DNA from: Candidatus Giovannonibacteria bacterium RIFCSPHIGHO2_12_FULL_44_22
Lineage (GTDB): Bacteria; Patescibacteriota; Minisyncoccia; UBA11713; 2-01-FULL-45-33
Direction: 5' to 3'
Assembly (NCBI GenBank): GCA_001778695.1
Contig: MFHU01000004.1
Location: 210 to 64,209 of the forward strand
Length of the DNA stretch: 64,000 nucleotides
This document shows, piece after piece, positions 11,296-21,330 of the stretch (position 1 is its first letter; every line of letters begins with the position of its first letter). Under the pieces are notes generated by a model. That model was not told the DNA's origin. It made no database searches and saw only the letters and a program-made list of their open reading frames with translations. Position numbers and translations under genes: made by a program.

Positions 11296-11490
11296 ATGGC
11301 AAAGCTTAAAATAAAAGATTTAAAAAATAAAGGCGGGACGGAGCTTGCGGAGCTTTTGTCGGAGGAGCGGGAAAAATTACTTACACTAAAAATGCGCGCC
11401 AGGGAATCCAAAGTAAAAAACGTGAAAGAAGCCAAAGAAATTAGAAAAAATATCGCCCGCATGCTTACAATTCTAAAAATAAACAAATAA
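11296..11490 (+). CDS. rpmC: 50S ribosomal protein L29
   Basis: IRKNIARMLT; operon position; start at MAKLK. Confidence 0.9.
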   Translation: MAKLKIKDLKNKGGTELAELLSEEREKLLTLKMRARESKVKNVKEAKEIRKNIARMLTILKINK

Positions 11491-11494
11491 TATG

Positions 11495-11631
11495 CCAGGT
11501 AGTGAAAAAATCGATTGCTTTTCAGTGATATTACATAACCCGATAAATATCTGGCAATTTTACAGTTGGTCGAATTTTGCTATGTTTGGTTTATTAAAGC
11601 ATTATCACTAATCGATTTTTCTACTACCTGG
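11495..11631 (+). repeat. Start-codon hairpin element, copy 2 (137 bp, before rpsQ)
   Basis: Same termini as copy 1, TATG at 11491 and 11632, homologous loop. Confidence 0.9.
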
Positions 11632-11632
11632 T

Positions 11633-11860
11633 ATGGCGCAAGAATTAAAAGGGAAAATAGTTTCAAATAAAATGGCCAAGACTGTGGTCGTGGAAGTTTC
11701 GCGCCTAAAAAAGCACCGCCTTTACGGCAAATTCATGAAAATTTCCAAAAAATATAAAGCGCACGCCGATGAGCAAATTCCGGAAGGCGCCACGGTTATT
11801 ATTAAATCCACCAAGCCGATATCAAAGGATAAAAAATGGCGAGTTTTTAAAATTTTATGA
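11633..11860 (+). CDS. rpsQ: 30S ribosomal protein S17
   Basis: [23 protein letters not shown]. Confidence 0.97.
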   Translation: MAQELKGKIVSNKMAKTVVVEVSRLKKHRLYGKFMKISKKYKAHADEQIPEGATVIIKSTKPISKDKKWRVFKIL

Positions 11861-12222
11861 TACAACACCGCACCATGCTAAACGTTGCCGACAATTCCGG
11901 AGCAAAACTGGTCCAGTGTATTAAGGTTTTGGGCGGAACTCGTCGCAGGTACGCCGGCATCGGTGATATTGTGGTTGTTTCGGTAAAAATCGCCGAGCCC
12001 AGAAAACCGGTTAAAAGAAAAGAGATTCACAAGGCGCTGGTTGTCAGGCAAAAAAACGCGCTAAGGCGCCAGGACGGATCCTACATCAGGTTTGACGACA
12101 ACGCCGTGGTTATTTTGGACGGCAAGGAGCCGAAGGGAGGAAGAATTTTCGGGCCAATCCCCAGAGAAATAAAAGAAAAAGGTTTTAATAAAATAGTTTC
12201 CTTGGCGGAAGAAATTGTATAA
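11857..12222 (+). CDS. rplN: 50S ribosomal protein L14
   Basis: [16 protein letters not shown]. Confidence 0.98.
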   Translation: MIQHRTMLNVADNSGAKLVQCIKVLGGTRRRYAGIGDIVVVSVKIAEPRKPVKRKEIHKALVVRQKNALRRQDGSYIRFDDNAVVILDGKEPKGGRIFGPIPREIKEKGFNKIVSLAEEIV

Positions 12223-12226
12223 ATAT

Positions 12227-12532
12227 ATGAAAATAAAAAAAGGCGATAATATAATAATAATTTCTGGAAAAGACCGTGGCAAGCAAGGCAAGGTTCTTGG
12301 GGTCTTTCCTAAATCTGAAAAGATTTTGGTGGATGGCGTGGCGCTTCGCAAAAAACACCAGCGCTCGCGAAAGCAGGGCCAGAAAGGCGAGGTTGTAACT
12401 TTGCCGACTCCGTTCCATGTTTCCAATGCCATGCTCTTCTGTAAAAACTGCGGAAGGGGCGCGAGAGCCGGATATAAATTTTCCGGAGATATTAAAACCA
12501 GAATTTGCAAAAGATGCAAAAATGAAATTTAA
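12227..12532 (+). CDS. rplX: 50S ribosomal protein L24
   Basis: IKKGD.IIISGKDRGKQG KOW motif. Confidence 0.96.
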   Translation: MKIKKGDNIIIISGKDRGKQGKVLGVFPKSEKILVDGVALRKKHQRSRKQGQKGEVVTLPTPFHVSNAMLFCKNCGRGARAGYKFSGDIKTRICKRCKNEI

Positions 12533-12537
12533 ATTTT

Positions 12538-13077
12538 ATGCAATCTATCAAAGAAAAATATAAAGAAGCGGTGCCTAAAATAATGAAAGAATTCGGATTT
12601 AAATCGCCGATGGCTGTTCCATCTATTTTGAAAGTTGTGGTAAATGTTGGCACAGGCAAGATGCGTGAAAAAAAAGAAGCGGTGGAGACCGTGGAAAAGC
12701 ATCTAGCGCTGATCACCGGCCAAAAAGCTTCTCCGCGCCCTGCCCGGGTAGCCATCGCTTCCTACAAAACCAGAGAAGGTATGGTGATCGGATACAAGGT
12801 TACGCTTCGTGGCGAGAGAATGTATGATTTTCTGGACCGCTTGATTAATTTTGCCATTCCCAGAACCAGGGACTTCCGCGGGATTCCTTTAAAATCGTTG
12901 GATGCCGGAGGCAATTTGACAGTAGGCATAAAAGAGCATATCATATTTCCTGAAATGATCGGAGAAGACGTAAGGAATATTTTCGGGCTGGAGGCGACAA
13001 TTGTGACCAGCGCGAAAAAAAGAGAAGAAGCTTTGGCTCTTTTTAAATTACTGGGTGTGCCTTTTGAAAAAAACTAA
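12538..13077 (+). CDS. rplE: 50S ribosomal protein L5
   Basis: [21 protein letters not shown]. Confidence 0.98.
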   Translation: MQSIKEKYKEAVPKIMKEFGFKSPMAVPSILKVVVNVGTGKMREKKEAVETVEKHLALITGQKASPRPARVAIASYKTREGMVIGYKVTLRGERMYDFLDRLINFAIPRTRDFRGIPLKSLDAGGNLTVGIKEHIIFPEMIGEDVRNIFGLEATIVTSAKKREEALALFKLLGVPFEKN

Positions 13078-13078
13078 T

Positions 13079-13264
13079 ATGGCTAAAACTTCAACATACG
13101 TAAGGTCTCTAAAACCGCCGAAATTTAAAAGCCGCGTGGTCAGGCGCTGTTTTAGATGCTGGCGCAAGCGCGGTTATATGCGCGATTTTGACCTTTGCCG
13201 GATTTGTTTTAGGGAATTGGCCAACGAAGGCCTAATACCGGGGATTAGAAAAAGTAGCTGGTAA
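13079..13264 (+). CDS. rpsN: 30S ribosomal protein S14 (Zn-binding type)
   Basis: RCFRC...LCRICFRE...PGIRKSSW. Confidence 0.95.
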   Translation: MAKTSTYVRSLKPPKFKSRVVRRCFRCWRKRGYMRDFDLCRICFRELANEGLIPGIRKSSW

Positions 13265-13289
13265 CGAGTAAAAATTAGTAATTAGTACT

Positions 13290-13682
13290 ATGACTGACCC
13301 AATCGCGGATATGTTAGTAAGAATAAAAAATGCCCAAGCGGCCAAAAAAGAAACCGCTTCTTTTGAGCATTCCAATATTAAAATGGAAATCGCCAAAGTT
13401 TTGGAGCGCGCCGGCTATCTGGGAAGCATCGAGCGGAAAGGCAGAAAGGGCGGCAAGCAGATAGAAGTAAAGCTTTTATACGACGAATCCGGAGGCCCAA
13501 AAATTTCGGGCGGCAAAAGAGTTTCCAAGCCTTCGCAGAGAATCTACCGGGGATACCGCGAAATTTACGCTTTAAAAAACGGATTTGGAATCGCGATTTA
13601 TTCCACGCCCAGAGGAATTATGACTGGCCGCGAGGCTAGAAAAAATAAATTAGGAGGCGAGGTTTTAATAGAATTATGGTAA
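13290..13682 (+). CDS. rpsH: 30S ribosomal protein S8
   Basis: MTDPIADML, STPRG, GGEV. Confidence 0.98.
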   Translation: MTDPIADMLVRIKNAQAAKKETASFEHSNIKMEIAKVLERAGYLGSIERKGRKGGKQIEVKLLYDESGGPKISGGKRVSKPSQRIYRGYREIYALKNGFGIAIYSTPRGIMTGREARKNKLGGEVLIELW

Positions 13683-13689
13683 AAAATTT

Positions 13690-14235
13690 ATGAGCCGACT
13701 TGCTAAAAAACCAATAACTTTGCCACCGGGCGTATTTGTAAAAAAAGAAGGCGACTTTTGGATTTTTAAGGGGCCGAAAGGGGAGCTTAGAAAATCTTTT
13801 TCTGATTACGTCAATATTGAAGAACGTGACGGCGCTTTTCTAATTTCTCTAAAAAACGATTCCATTAAAAACGCCTATGCTATGCTGGGCACGACCGCCG
13901 CGCTTTTTAAAAATTGCGTTGATGGCGTCCAAAACGGATTTGAAAAGAAACTGGAAATTGAAGGAGTGGGCTACCGCGCACAGATTGACGGCAAGGATTT
14001 AGTTTTATCTTTGGGGTTTTCGCATCCCGTAAAAATTCAGGCTCCGGAAGGCATAACTTTTAAAGTTGAAAAAAATACTATTACCATAAACGGCGTAGAC
14101 AAAGAAAAAACAGGCCTGGTGGCAGCCAAAATCAGGGCGGAGAAAAAACCGGAGCCTTACAAGGGCAAGGGCATACATTACATGGGCGAAGTTATCAGGA
14201 GAAAGGCCGGCAAGAAAGCAGTTTCAACCGCATAG
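13690..14235 (+). CDS. rplF: 50S ribosomal protein L6
   Basis: GVGYRA, PEPYKGKGI. Confidence 0.98.
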   Translation: MSRLAKKPITLPPGVFVKKEGDFWIFKGPKGELRKSFSDYVNIEERDGAFLISLKNDSIKNAYAMLGTTAALFKNCVDGVQNGFEKKLEIEGVGYRAQIDGKDLVLSLGFSHPVKIQAPEGITFKVEKNTITINGVDKEKTGLVAAKIRAEKKPEPYKGKGIHYMGEVIRRKAGKKAVSTA

Positions 14236-14244
14236 CAATTTACT

Positions 14245-14589
14245 ATGGCTCAAAAAAGAAAAATCAGGCATAAGCGCGTAAGAGCAAAAATTTCCGGAAC
14301 CACTCAAAAGCCGCGCCTTTCGGTTTACCGCTCAAACAAACATTTATTTTTACAATTGATTGACGACGAAAAAAATAAAACCTTGCTTTCCGTTTCCGAC
14401 CGGGAATTTAAATCAAAAAAGAAAAATTTAAAGAAATCAGACGCCGCTTACGAAGCAGGCAAGCTTTTGGCAAAAAAAGCCAAAGAAAAAAATATTAAAA
14501 AAGCCGTTTTTGACAGGGGCGGTTACCAATATCACGGCCGGGTGCGCCGAGTAGCCGAAGGCGCGCGAGAAGGCGGATTAGAATTTTAA
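14245..14589 (+). CDS. rplR: 50S ribosomal protein L18
   Basis: PRLSVYRSNKH, FDRGGYQYHGRV. Confidence 0.98.
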   Translation: MAQKRKIRHKRVRAKISGTTQKPRLSVYRSNKHLFLQLIDDEKNKTLLSVSDREFKSKKKNLKKSDAAYEAGKLLAKKAKEKNIKKAVFDRGGYQYHGRVRRVAEGAREGGLEF

Positions 14590-14602
14590 CTATTTAACTA
14601 AC

Positions 14603-15064
14603 ATGGCAAGAATTCAAAAACCAAAAAGCGAATACGAGCAAAAATTAATTGACCTAAGGCGCGTGGCCCGCGTGATGGCGGGCGGCCGGCGGTTTACTTT
14701 TCGTGCGGCGATGGTCATCGGCAACCAAAGAGGACAGGTGGGCTTCGGCTTGGGTAAAGCCGCCGATACTTCGCAGGCAATTGAAAAAGCGGTGCGCCGG
14801 GCTAGGCAAAATTTGATTTCCGTGCCGCTGACTAAAGACCAGTCCATTCCGCATGAAATTTACGCGAAATTCGGCAGCGCCAGAGTGATTTTAAAGCCGG
14901 CCAAATCCGGCAAGGGGCTGGTGGCAGGGGGCTCGGCCCGCGCGGTGCTCGCCATGGCCGGAGTGAAAAACGTCAGCGCAAAAATTTTATCGCACACCAA
15001 AAACAAACTCACCAACGCCTTGGCGACTCTGGAAGCGCTGAAAAAATTAAAAACACTGAAATAA
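14603..15064 (+). CDS. rpsE: 30S ribosomal protein S5
   Basis: RVMAGGRRFTF, GFGLGKA. Confidence 0.97.
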   Translation: MARIQKPKSEYEQKLIDLRRVARVMAGGRRFTFRAAMVIGNQRGQVGFGLGKAADTSQAIEKAVRRARQNLISVPLTKDQSIPHEIYAKFGSARVILKPAKSGKGLVAGGSARAVLAMAGVKNVSAKILSHTKNKLTNALATLEALKKLKTLK

Positions 15065-15072
15065 ATAATTTT

Positions 15073-15501
15073 ATGCAAGTTCATAATCTGTTAAAGTCAA
15101 TCAATAAAAAGCAAAAAAGAATCGGCCGGGGGGGGAAGCGCGGGTCGTTTTCGGGCAGGGGAATTAAAGGGCAAAAAGCTCGTGCCGGCAGACGCGTCCG
15201 CCCGCAGATTCGTGATATTATAAAGAAGATACACAAGCGCCGGGGCTACGGTAGAAACCGGGCCCAGTCGGTAAACGCTGTTAAAGCCAAACCGGCGGTG
15301 GTAAATTTAGGCGCGTTGGACAAAACATTCAAAGGCGGCGAAAAAGTGACCGTAAAACTTTTAGTGGAGCGCGGATTGATTCAAGCTTCTGGCGGAAAAA
15401 TTCCGCAAGTAAAAATTTTAGGCGATGGCGCGCTAACAAAAAAATTGATTTTTGATAAAAATCTTTTAATGTCAAAATCAGCCAAAGAAAAAATCGGCTA
15501 A
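15073..15501 (+). CDS. rplO: 50S ribosomal protein L15
   Basis: RIGRGG..GRGIKGQKARAG, VKILGDG; follows rpsE directly (no rpmD). Confidence 0.95.
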   Translation: MQVHNLLKSINKKQKRIGRGGKRGSFSGRGIKGQKARAGRRVRPQIRDIIKKIHKRRGYGRNRAQSVNAVKAKPAVVNLGALDKTFKGGEKVTVKLLVERGLIQASGGKIPQVKILGDGALTKKLIFDKNLLMSKSAKEKIG

Positions 15502-15502
15502 T

Positions 15503-16768
15503 ATGTGGGAAAAATTCAAACTTATTTTAAGAGACACTGACCTTAGAAGAAAATTTCTTTATCTTTTGGGTTTTTTGGCGGTTTTTCGCCTGATTTCCTC
15601 CATTCCCATTCCGGGGATTGACGCTTTAAGACTCCGCCAATTTTTTGAGGCCAACCAATTTTTCGGGCTATTGAATCTTTTTTCGGGAGGCGCCCTGGGA
15701 AATCTTTCCATTATGATGCTGGGAGTCGGTCCTTATATCACTGGCTCCATTATCATGCAGCTTTTAACAATGATTTTCCCGCAGCTGAAAGAATTGCAGC
15801 AGGAAGAAGGCGAAGCCGGCAAACAAAAATTTAACCAGTATTCGCGCCTCTTAACCGTGCCTTTGGCTTTTGTCCAGGGGTTCGGATTACTCACCATTTT
15901 GGAACGGCAGGGGATTTTGCAGTTTCTGACTTTTTACGAAAAATTCGCCAATGTAATAATTGTCGCGGCCGGTTCTATATTGCTGATGTGGATAGGCGAG
16001 CTGATTTCCGAATACGCCTTGGGAAACGGCGTTTCTTTGCTTATTTTTGCCGGTATTGTAGCCAGCTTTCCTTCCGACCTACGGCAGACTTTTTTGGCTT
16101 TTGACGCCACGCAACTTCCAACACTCATCGCTTTTACGGCGATTGCGATTATAACCGTGGCGGCGGTTGTCTTTATATCGGAAGGCGATAGGCCGGTTCC
16201 GGTTTACTACGCCAAAAGAATTCGCGGCATGCGTATGTACGGCGGCACGACCACTTATCTTCCTTTGAAGGTGAACCAAGCAGGAGTTATTCCAATAATT
16301 TTCGCGCTTTCCATTTTGCTTTTACCTCAAATGATCGCCAGTTTTTTCGCCAATTCCGCTAACATCGTGTTAAAAGTTGTTTCGTCTTTCGTAATTAATT
16401 TTTTCGCGAGTCCATGGCCTTACGCAGCGGCTTATTTTCTTTTGGTTTTTCTTTTCACTTATTTTTACACCGCCGTCACCTTTGACCCGCAATCGGTTTC
16501 CAAAAATCTCCAGCAAAGCGGAGCTTTTGTGCCTGGAATCCGCCCGGGAAATTCCACGGCCGAATTTTTAAGCAAAATCGTCACGCGCATAACTTTCGTT
16601 GGCGCTTTATTTTTGGGCGCGGTGGCGGTTTTGCCGCTTATCTGGAGCGCCATGACCGGCATTTCAACTCTCACTATAGGTGGGACCGCTTTGCTGATTG
16701 TGGTCTCCGTGGTTTTGGAAACCGCCAAACAGGTTGAAGGCCAGCTCTCATTGCGGAGCTATGACTAG
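15503..16768 (+). CDS. secY: Preprotein translocase SecY
   Basis: LGVGPYIT, GNGVSLLIF, PGIRPG. Confidence 0.98.
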   Translation: MWEKFKLILRDTDLRRKFLYLLGFLAVFRLISSIPIPGIDALRLRQFFEANQFFGLLNLFSGGALGNLSIMMLGVGPYITGSIIMQLLTMIFPQLKELQQEEGEAGKQKFNQYSRLLTVPLAFVQGFGLLTILERQGILQFLTFYEKFANVIIVAAGSILLMWIGELISEYALGNGVSLLIFAGIVASFPSDLRQTFLAFDATQLPTLIAFTAIAIITVAAVVFISEGDRPVPVYYAKRIRGMRMYGGTTTYLPLKVNQAGVIPIIFALSILLLPQMIASFFANSANIVLKVVSSFVINFFASPWPYAAAYFLLVFLFTYFYTAVTFDPQSVSKNLQQSGAFVPGIRPGNSTAEFLSKIVTRITFVGALFLGAVAVLPLIWSAMTGISTLTIGGTALLIVVSVVLETAKQVEGQLSLRSYD

Positions 16769-16774
16769 GTGTTT

Positions 16775-17377
16775 ATGATAAATCAACCCTACAATTTTAC
16801 TTTTATTGGACGGTCCGGCTGCGGCAAAGGTGCCCAATCGGAACTTCTTAAAAAATTATTGGAGGGAAAAAATGGCCCCGGCAGCGCGCTTTATATTTAT
16901 ACTGGCGCGCGTTTAAGAGAGCTCGCAGGCCACTCGGAGTTTTTTACAGCGAGATTGTTGAATGAAAAAAGTTTAAAATCCGGTGAGCTAACCCCAAATT
17001 CTTTAGCTATTTGGGCCTACACGACCGAATTTATTCACGGAGTGACGGAAAACAACCACATTATTGTAGACGGTTCTCCGCGCGCGGCGCTGGAAGCGCA
17101 AACGCTGGATGAAATGTTTGATTTTTATGGCAGAGAAAACGTTTTTCATGTTTGGCTGAATGTGAGCGAGGCATGGGCAAACGCGCGCATGAAAGAAAGG
17201 GGGCGATTCGATGACAGTCCTGAGAGCATTAAACACCGTTTCGCTTATTATGAAAGAGAAGTTGTTCCGACAATTGAATTTTACAAAAAAGATAAAAAAC
17301 ACAAGCTTATAGAAATCAATGGCGAGCAGACGATAGAAAAGGTTCACGAAGATATTGTAAAAGCGGCGGGATTATGA
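16775..17377 (+). CDS. adk: Adenylate kinase family protein
   Basis: GRSGCGKG P-loop, DGSPR, RFDD; after secY. Confidence 0.85.
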   Translation: MINQPYNFTFIGRSGCGKGAQSELLKKLLEGKNGPGSALYIYTGARLRELAGHSEFFTARLLNEKSLKSGELTPNSLAIWAYTTEFIHGVTENNHIIVDGSPRAALEAQTLDEMFDFYGRENVFHVWLNVSEAWANARMKERGRFDDSPESIKHRFAYYEREVVPTIEFYKKDKKHKLIEINGEQTIEKVHEDIVKAAGL

Positions 17378-17513
17378 CCAGGTAGTGAAAAACTTGATCG
17401 CTTTTTTAAAATTTGTTTGCGATATGGGTTTACTGGGTTATATTGTAGTGGTAGGTGTTTAGCGATAGACTATTGAAAGCAATAAATTTTTAATCAAGTT
17501 TTTTACTACCTGG
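17378..17513 (+). repeat. Start-codon hairpin element, copy 3 (136 bp, before map)
   Basis: CCAGGTAGTGAAAAACTTGAT...ATCAAGTTTTTTACTACCTGG-TATG; left flank TATGA. Confidence 0.88.
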
Positions 17514-17514
17514 T

Positions 17515-18267
17515 ATGATTATTAAAAATAAAAAAGAGCTGGAAATTTTGCGGGAAGGCGGCAAGAGACTTGCCGCCGTTTTAAACAAGGCAGCCAATAA
17601 CGCGATAGAAGGCGTCACGACCAGGGAGTTGAATGATTTGGCGGAAAGTTTAATTTTAAAATCCGGAGGCGCGCCGTCTTTTAAAGGATATAAAGCGCAG
17701 GGAGCTCCGCATCCTTACCCGGATGCGCTTTGTGTTTCAATAAACGAAGAGGTGGTGCATGGGTTGCCGGCTGGTCGCAAATTAAAAAATGGCGATATCG
17801 TTGGGTTGGACATAGGTATGTGGTATGAAGGCCTATGCACTGATACGGCTCTTACTGTTTTGGTTGGCGGAGGGAAAAATAAATTAATTGATGCCACAAA
17901 AAAATCTCTGGAGCTGGGGATTGCCGAAGTCCGCGCCGGCGCGCATGCCGGCGATATTGGTTTTGCGATTCAAAAATATTTGAAGAGTGAGGGTTTTGGC
18001 GTAGTGCGAGAATTGGTTGGGCATGGCGTTGGAAGAGCGGTTCACGAAGACCCGGAAATCCCAAATTGGGGAAAACGCGGCGTCGGACCGGAACTGGTTG
18101 AAAATATGATTATTGCTTTAGAGCCTATGGCCACTGAAGGCGGATATAAAGTAAAACTTTCCAAAGACGGTTGGACATGGCTCACTTGCGACGGCTCCCG
18201 CTCCGCGCATTTTGAGCATACTTTGGTGGTGACAAAAGGCGGGGCGGAGGTATTGACTCTACTTTAG
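17515..18267 (+). CDS. map: Methionine aminopeptidase type I
   Basis: SINEEVVHG, GHGVG..HEDP, SAHFEHT. Confidence 0.97.
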   Translation: MIIKNKKELEILREGGKRLAAVLNKAANNAIEGVTTRELNDLAESLILKSGGAPSFKGYKAQGAPHPYPDALCVSINEEVVHGLPAGRKLKNGDIVGLDIGMWYEGLCTDTALTVLVGGGKNKLIDATKKSLELGIAEVRAGAHAGDIGFAIQKYLKSEGFGVVRELVGHGVGRAVHEDPEIPNWGKRGVGPELVENMIIALEPMATEGGYKVKLSKDGWTWLTCDGSRSAHFEHTLVVTKGGAEVLTLL

Positions 18268-18286
18268 ATTTTGCTAGTATTACCTT

Positions 18287-18505
18287 ATGAGGAAAATTGA
18301 TCTACAAAACGTGATTTGGAAAGAGGGCAAATATTATGTTGCCCAATGTTTGAATGTTGATGTTTCTAGTTTCGGCAAAACCAAAAAGGACGCTTTAGCC
18401 AACCTGCAAGAAGCCCTGGAACTTTATTTTGACGGAGCTAAAATATCAGATTTACTGAAAGTGGAGCAACCGACTATCGTGAAGCGCCAACTTCAGTATG
18501 CCTAA
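18287..18505 (+). CDS. HicB-like antitoxin
   Basis: YVAQC...SFGKT..DA..NLQEALELY. Confidence 0.85.
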   Translation: MRKIDLQNVIWKEGKYYVAQCLNVDVSSFGKTKKDALANLQEALELYFDGAKISDLLKVEQPTIVKRQLQYA

Positions 18506-18707
18506 ATTTTATTCTTCGGATTATATCATCAAGGTCCTTCGCAGGAAGGGCTTTGTTTTTGTTTCTCAAAAAGGAAGCCATATGAAATTTCAAAAAGCAA
18601 GTTTGCCATTGACTGTGATCGTTCCGGCTAACCGTAAAGAAATTCCTATTGGCACTTTCCGCTCGATTTTACGGCAATCAAAATTAAAAGATGAAGATTT
18701 TAAATAA
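18498..18707 (+). CDS. HicA-like mRNA interferase toxin
   Basis: GF..VSQKGSH...VP...EIPIGTFRSILRQ. Confidence 0.88.
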   Translation: MPKFYSSDYIIKVLRRKGFVFVSQKGSHMKFQKASLPLTVIVPANRKEIPIGTFRSILRQSKLKDEDFK

Positions 18708-18714
18708 TTTCCTC

Positions 18715-18819
18715 GACAGCTGGACATGAGTAACTCGCGACGGCTCCCGCTCCGCCAATTTTGAACATACAGTTGTGGTAACAAAAACCGGCGCGGAAGT
18801 TTTGACTATGCTAAAATAA
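18715..18819 (+). pseudogene. Diverged relic of the map 3' end
   Basis: Translates [33 protein letters not shown], versus Map DGWTWLTCDGSRSAHFEHTLVVTKGGAEVLTLL*. Confidence 0.9.
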
Positions 18820-18823
18820 AAGC

Positions 18824-19561
18824 ATGCCCAAACCGGATATATATTTGTCTGTTATAGTTCCTGCATATAATGAAGCGGAGAAACTGCCTAAAACTTTAAA
18901 GCGTTTTCAAGAGTATCTGTTTCAACAGGCCTACTCCTATGAAATTATTGTCGTAAACGACGGCGCGAGGGATAATACCGCCGATGTCGTAAGAAATATG
19001 GAGCGAGATATTAAAAATTTGCGTTTTATTGACCGCAAAAAAAATATGGGCAAGGGCTACACGGTGCGCGAGGGGATGCTAGCGGCTTACGGCAGAATTC
19101 GGCTTTTTGCCGACGCCGATAATGCCACCGATATTTCACATTTTGATAAAATGCGCCCGTTTTTTGACAAGGGTTTTGACGCGGTGATTTGCTCAAGAGA
19201 CCCCAAAGACGCCCTAGGCGCCAAACAAGCTGTAGCGCAAGCGTGGTGGAAGCGCGCGCTCGGCAATATGGGCAATTTATATATTCAATGGATGGCGGTT
19301 CCGGGGATTTGGGACACTCAATGCGGTTTTAAAGCGTTTCGCGATTACGCCGCCGAAAAAATTTTTTCCGCGACAAAAATAAACAGATGGGCTTTTGACG
19401 TGGAAGTTCTGGCACTGGCCAAGCGCTTCGGATATAAAATTGGGATTATTCCGGCAAACTGGGTTAATGACCCGCGCTCTAGCGTAAAATTTATGGCGTA
19501 TTTTCACACCCTTTGGGAGGTTTTTAAAATCAGGAGGTTGTTAAATAAATTAAAAATTTAA
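18824..19561 (+). CDS. GT2 glycosyltransferase (dolichyl-phosphate glucosyltransferase-like)
   Basis: SVIVPAYNE, VNDG, DAD, DTQCGFK. Confidence 0.9.
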   Translation: MPKPDIYLSVIVPAYNEAEKLPKTLKRFQEYLFQQAYSYEIIVVNDGARDNTADVVRNMERDIKNLRFIDRKKNMGKGYTVREGMLAAYGRIRLFADADNATDISHFDKMRPFFDKGFDAVICSRDPKDALGAKQAVAQAWWKRALGNMGNLYIQWMAVPGIWDTQCGFKAFRDYAAEKIFSATKINRWAFDVEVLALAKRFGYKIGIIPANWVNDPRSSVKFMAYFHTLWEVFKIRRLLNKLKI

Positions 19562-19562
19562 A

Positions 19563-20561
19563 ATGAAAAGCACCATAGAATTTCGCAAAGATATTGTTTC
19601 GGGAGACTGGGTTTTGATTTCTACGGATATTCAAAAAAAACCGGTATTTTTTAAAAAAGTGGAAAGCAAGCCCCTTCCAAAATCAAAATGCCCTTTTGAC
19701 GGAATCCAAAAATCAAAACAAGAGAAAGTTTTGCTGTGGATGCCAAAGCCCGGCGGGAAGGATTTGAAAGACTGGTGGATTCAGATTTTGCCGAATAAAT
19801 ATCCGGTCGTGGCAAGCTCCAGAATTTGTCCACCGCTTACAAAATACGGCATACATGAGAAAAAAATCGGCGTCGGCTTTCAAGAGGTAATTGTGACACG
19901 GTCGCACGAAAAACATTTTGGGCTGATGGCCAAAAATGAAATTGAGTTGGTTATTGAGGCATATCAGTCAAGATTTCAGGCGCTTTCCGCCGAACCTTGC
20001 GTTGATTATATTTTAATAATTCATAATCACGGCTCGCGCGCTGGCGCCACAGTGCCCCACCCGCATTCGCAGATTTTCGCAATTCCCATAATCCCGCCTG
20101 ATGTTAAAAGAAGTTTGGAGGGTTCCAGAAAATATTTTCATGAAAATAAAAAATGCGTCCACTGCGCTATTTTAAAAGATGAATTAAAAGAAAAAGAGCG
20201 CGTTATTTATCAAAACAAGCTTTTTGTTGTTTTGGCTCCATACGCTTCGCGGGTGGCGTATGAAGTCAGAATTTTTCCTAAACTTCATGAGTCGCGCTTT
20301 GAGGCGATTGATCAGGCGCAAAGGAATGATTTAGCCGATGCCTTAAAAATAATACTCTCTAAAATCTTTAAAAAATTAAAAAATCCGGATTACAATATGT
20401 TTATCCACACCGCGCCTCCCAAGGAGCGCCACGCAGAGCATTATCATTGGCATTTGGAAATTTTGCCAAGAATTGCCACTTGGGGCGGGTTGGAATTGGG
20501 CGCGGGGATTGATGTTGTAAAAATCTCTCCCGAGGAAACCGCTAAATTTTTCAGACAATGA
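19563..20561 (+). CDS. galT: Galactose-1-phosphate uridylyltransferase
   Basis: CPF, PNKYP, GAT.PHPHSQ, YHWHLEI. Confidence 0.9.
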   Translation: MKSTIEFRKDIVSGDWVLISTDIQKKPVFFKKVESKPLPKSKCPFDGIQKSKQEKVLLWMPKPGGKDLKDWWIQILPNKYPVVASSRICPPLTKYGIHEKKIGVGFQEVIVTRSHEKHFGLMAKNEIELVIEAYQSRFQALSAEPCVDYILIIHNHGSRAGATVPHPHSQIFAIPIIPPDVKRSLEGSRKYFHENKKCVHCAILKDELKEKERVIYQNKLFVVLAPYASRVAYEVRIFPKLHESRFEAIDQAQRNDLADALKIILSKIFKKLKNPDYNMFIHTAPPKERHAEHYHWHLEILPRIATWGGLELGAGIDVVKISPEETAKFFRQ

Positions 20562-20571
20562 ACCAACAAAT

Positions 20572-21330
20572 ATGAAACGACTCATTATTGCAAATTGGAA
20601 GATGGCGCCGCAAACTTCTCGCGAGGCATTGCGCCTTGCGCAAGGAATTGCGCGCGGAGTTAAAGGTGTAAAAAATGTCGAAGTTGTCTTGACCCCACCT
20701 TTTATTTATTTGCTATTGCTTAAACTTGGCCTGCCTCGCCTGACGCGAGTCAAGGCGGGCGCGCAAGATGTTTTTTGGGAAAAGAACGGGGCTTACACGG
20801 GAGAAATTTCGACCAATCAACTTAAAGCCTCTGGCGTAAGGTTGGTGATTGTGGGTCATTCCGAGCGTAGGGCGTTGTGGGAAACCAATGAAATCGTAAA
20901 TAAAAAATTAAAAGCGGTTTTGGGCGCGGGTATGCGGGCAGTGCTTTGCGTGGGGGAAGCGGAAAAACAAAAAGAAGTAGCCTTTCCAAAAATAATCAGG
21001 GACGAACTTCATGAAGGACTTGCGCGCATTAAAAAGTCATTGTTCCGGAATTTGATTATTGCTTATGAACCGATTTGGGCGGTTGGAACGGGAAGGGCTG
21101 ACACGCCAAAAAACGTTTACGAAATTACGACGATTATCCGCCGAGAGCTTTACCGCATGGTTGGAAAAAGAATCGCTTCCAAAATCCCTGTGCTTTACGG
21201 CGGATCGGTGGACGAAAAAAATGCCCATGCTTTCGTGAAAGACGGTGCTGTCGACGGCTTGCTGGTTGGCGGGGCGAGTCTCAACGCCAAAAAATTTATA
21301 AACATAGTGAAAGCGGTGTCTGAAGTATGA
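20572..21330 (+). CDS. tpiA: Triosephosphate isomerase
   Basis: ANWKM, GHSERR, AYEPIWAVGTG, LVGGASL. Confidence 0.97.
   Translation: MKRLIIANWKMAPQTSREALRLAQGIARGVKGVKNVEVVLTPPFIYLLLLKLGLPRLTRVKAGAQDVFWEKNGAYTGEISTNQLKASGVRLVIVGHSERRALWETNEIVNKKLKAVLGAGMRAVLCVGEAEKQKEVAFPKIIRDELHEGLARIKKSLFRNLIIAYEPIWAVGTGRADTPKNVYEITTIIRRELYRMVGKRIASKIPVLYGGSVDEKNAHAFVKDGAVDGLLVGGASLNAKKFINIVKAVSEV

Noticed and set aside
15064-15073. Missing rpmD (L30)
   Set aside because: Known general trait of CPR bacteria; used only for taxonomic inference
18267-18824. Absence of infA-rpmJ-rpsM-rpsK-rpoA after map
   Set aside because: Probably located elsewhere in the genome; cannot be judged from this window
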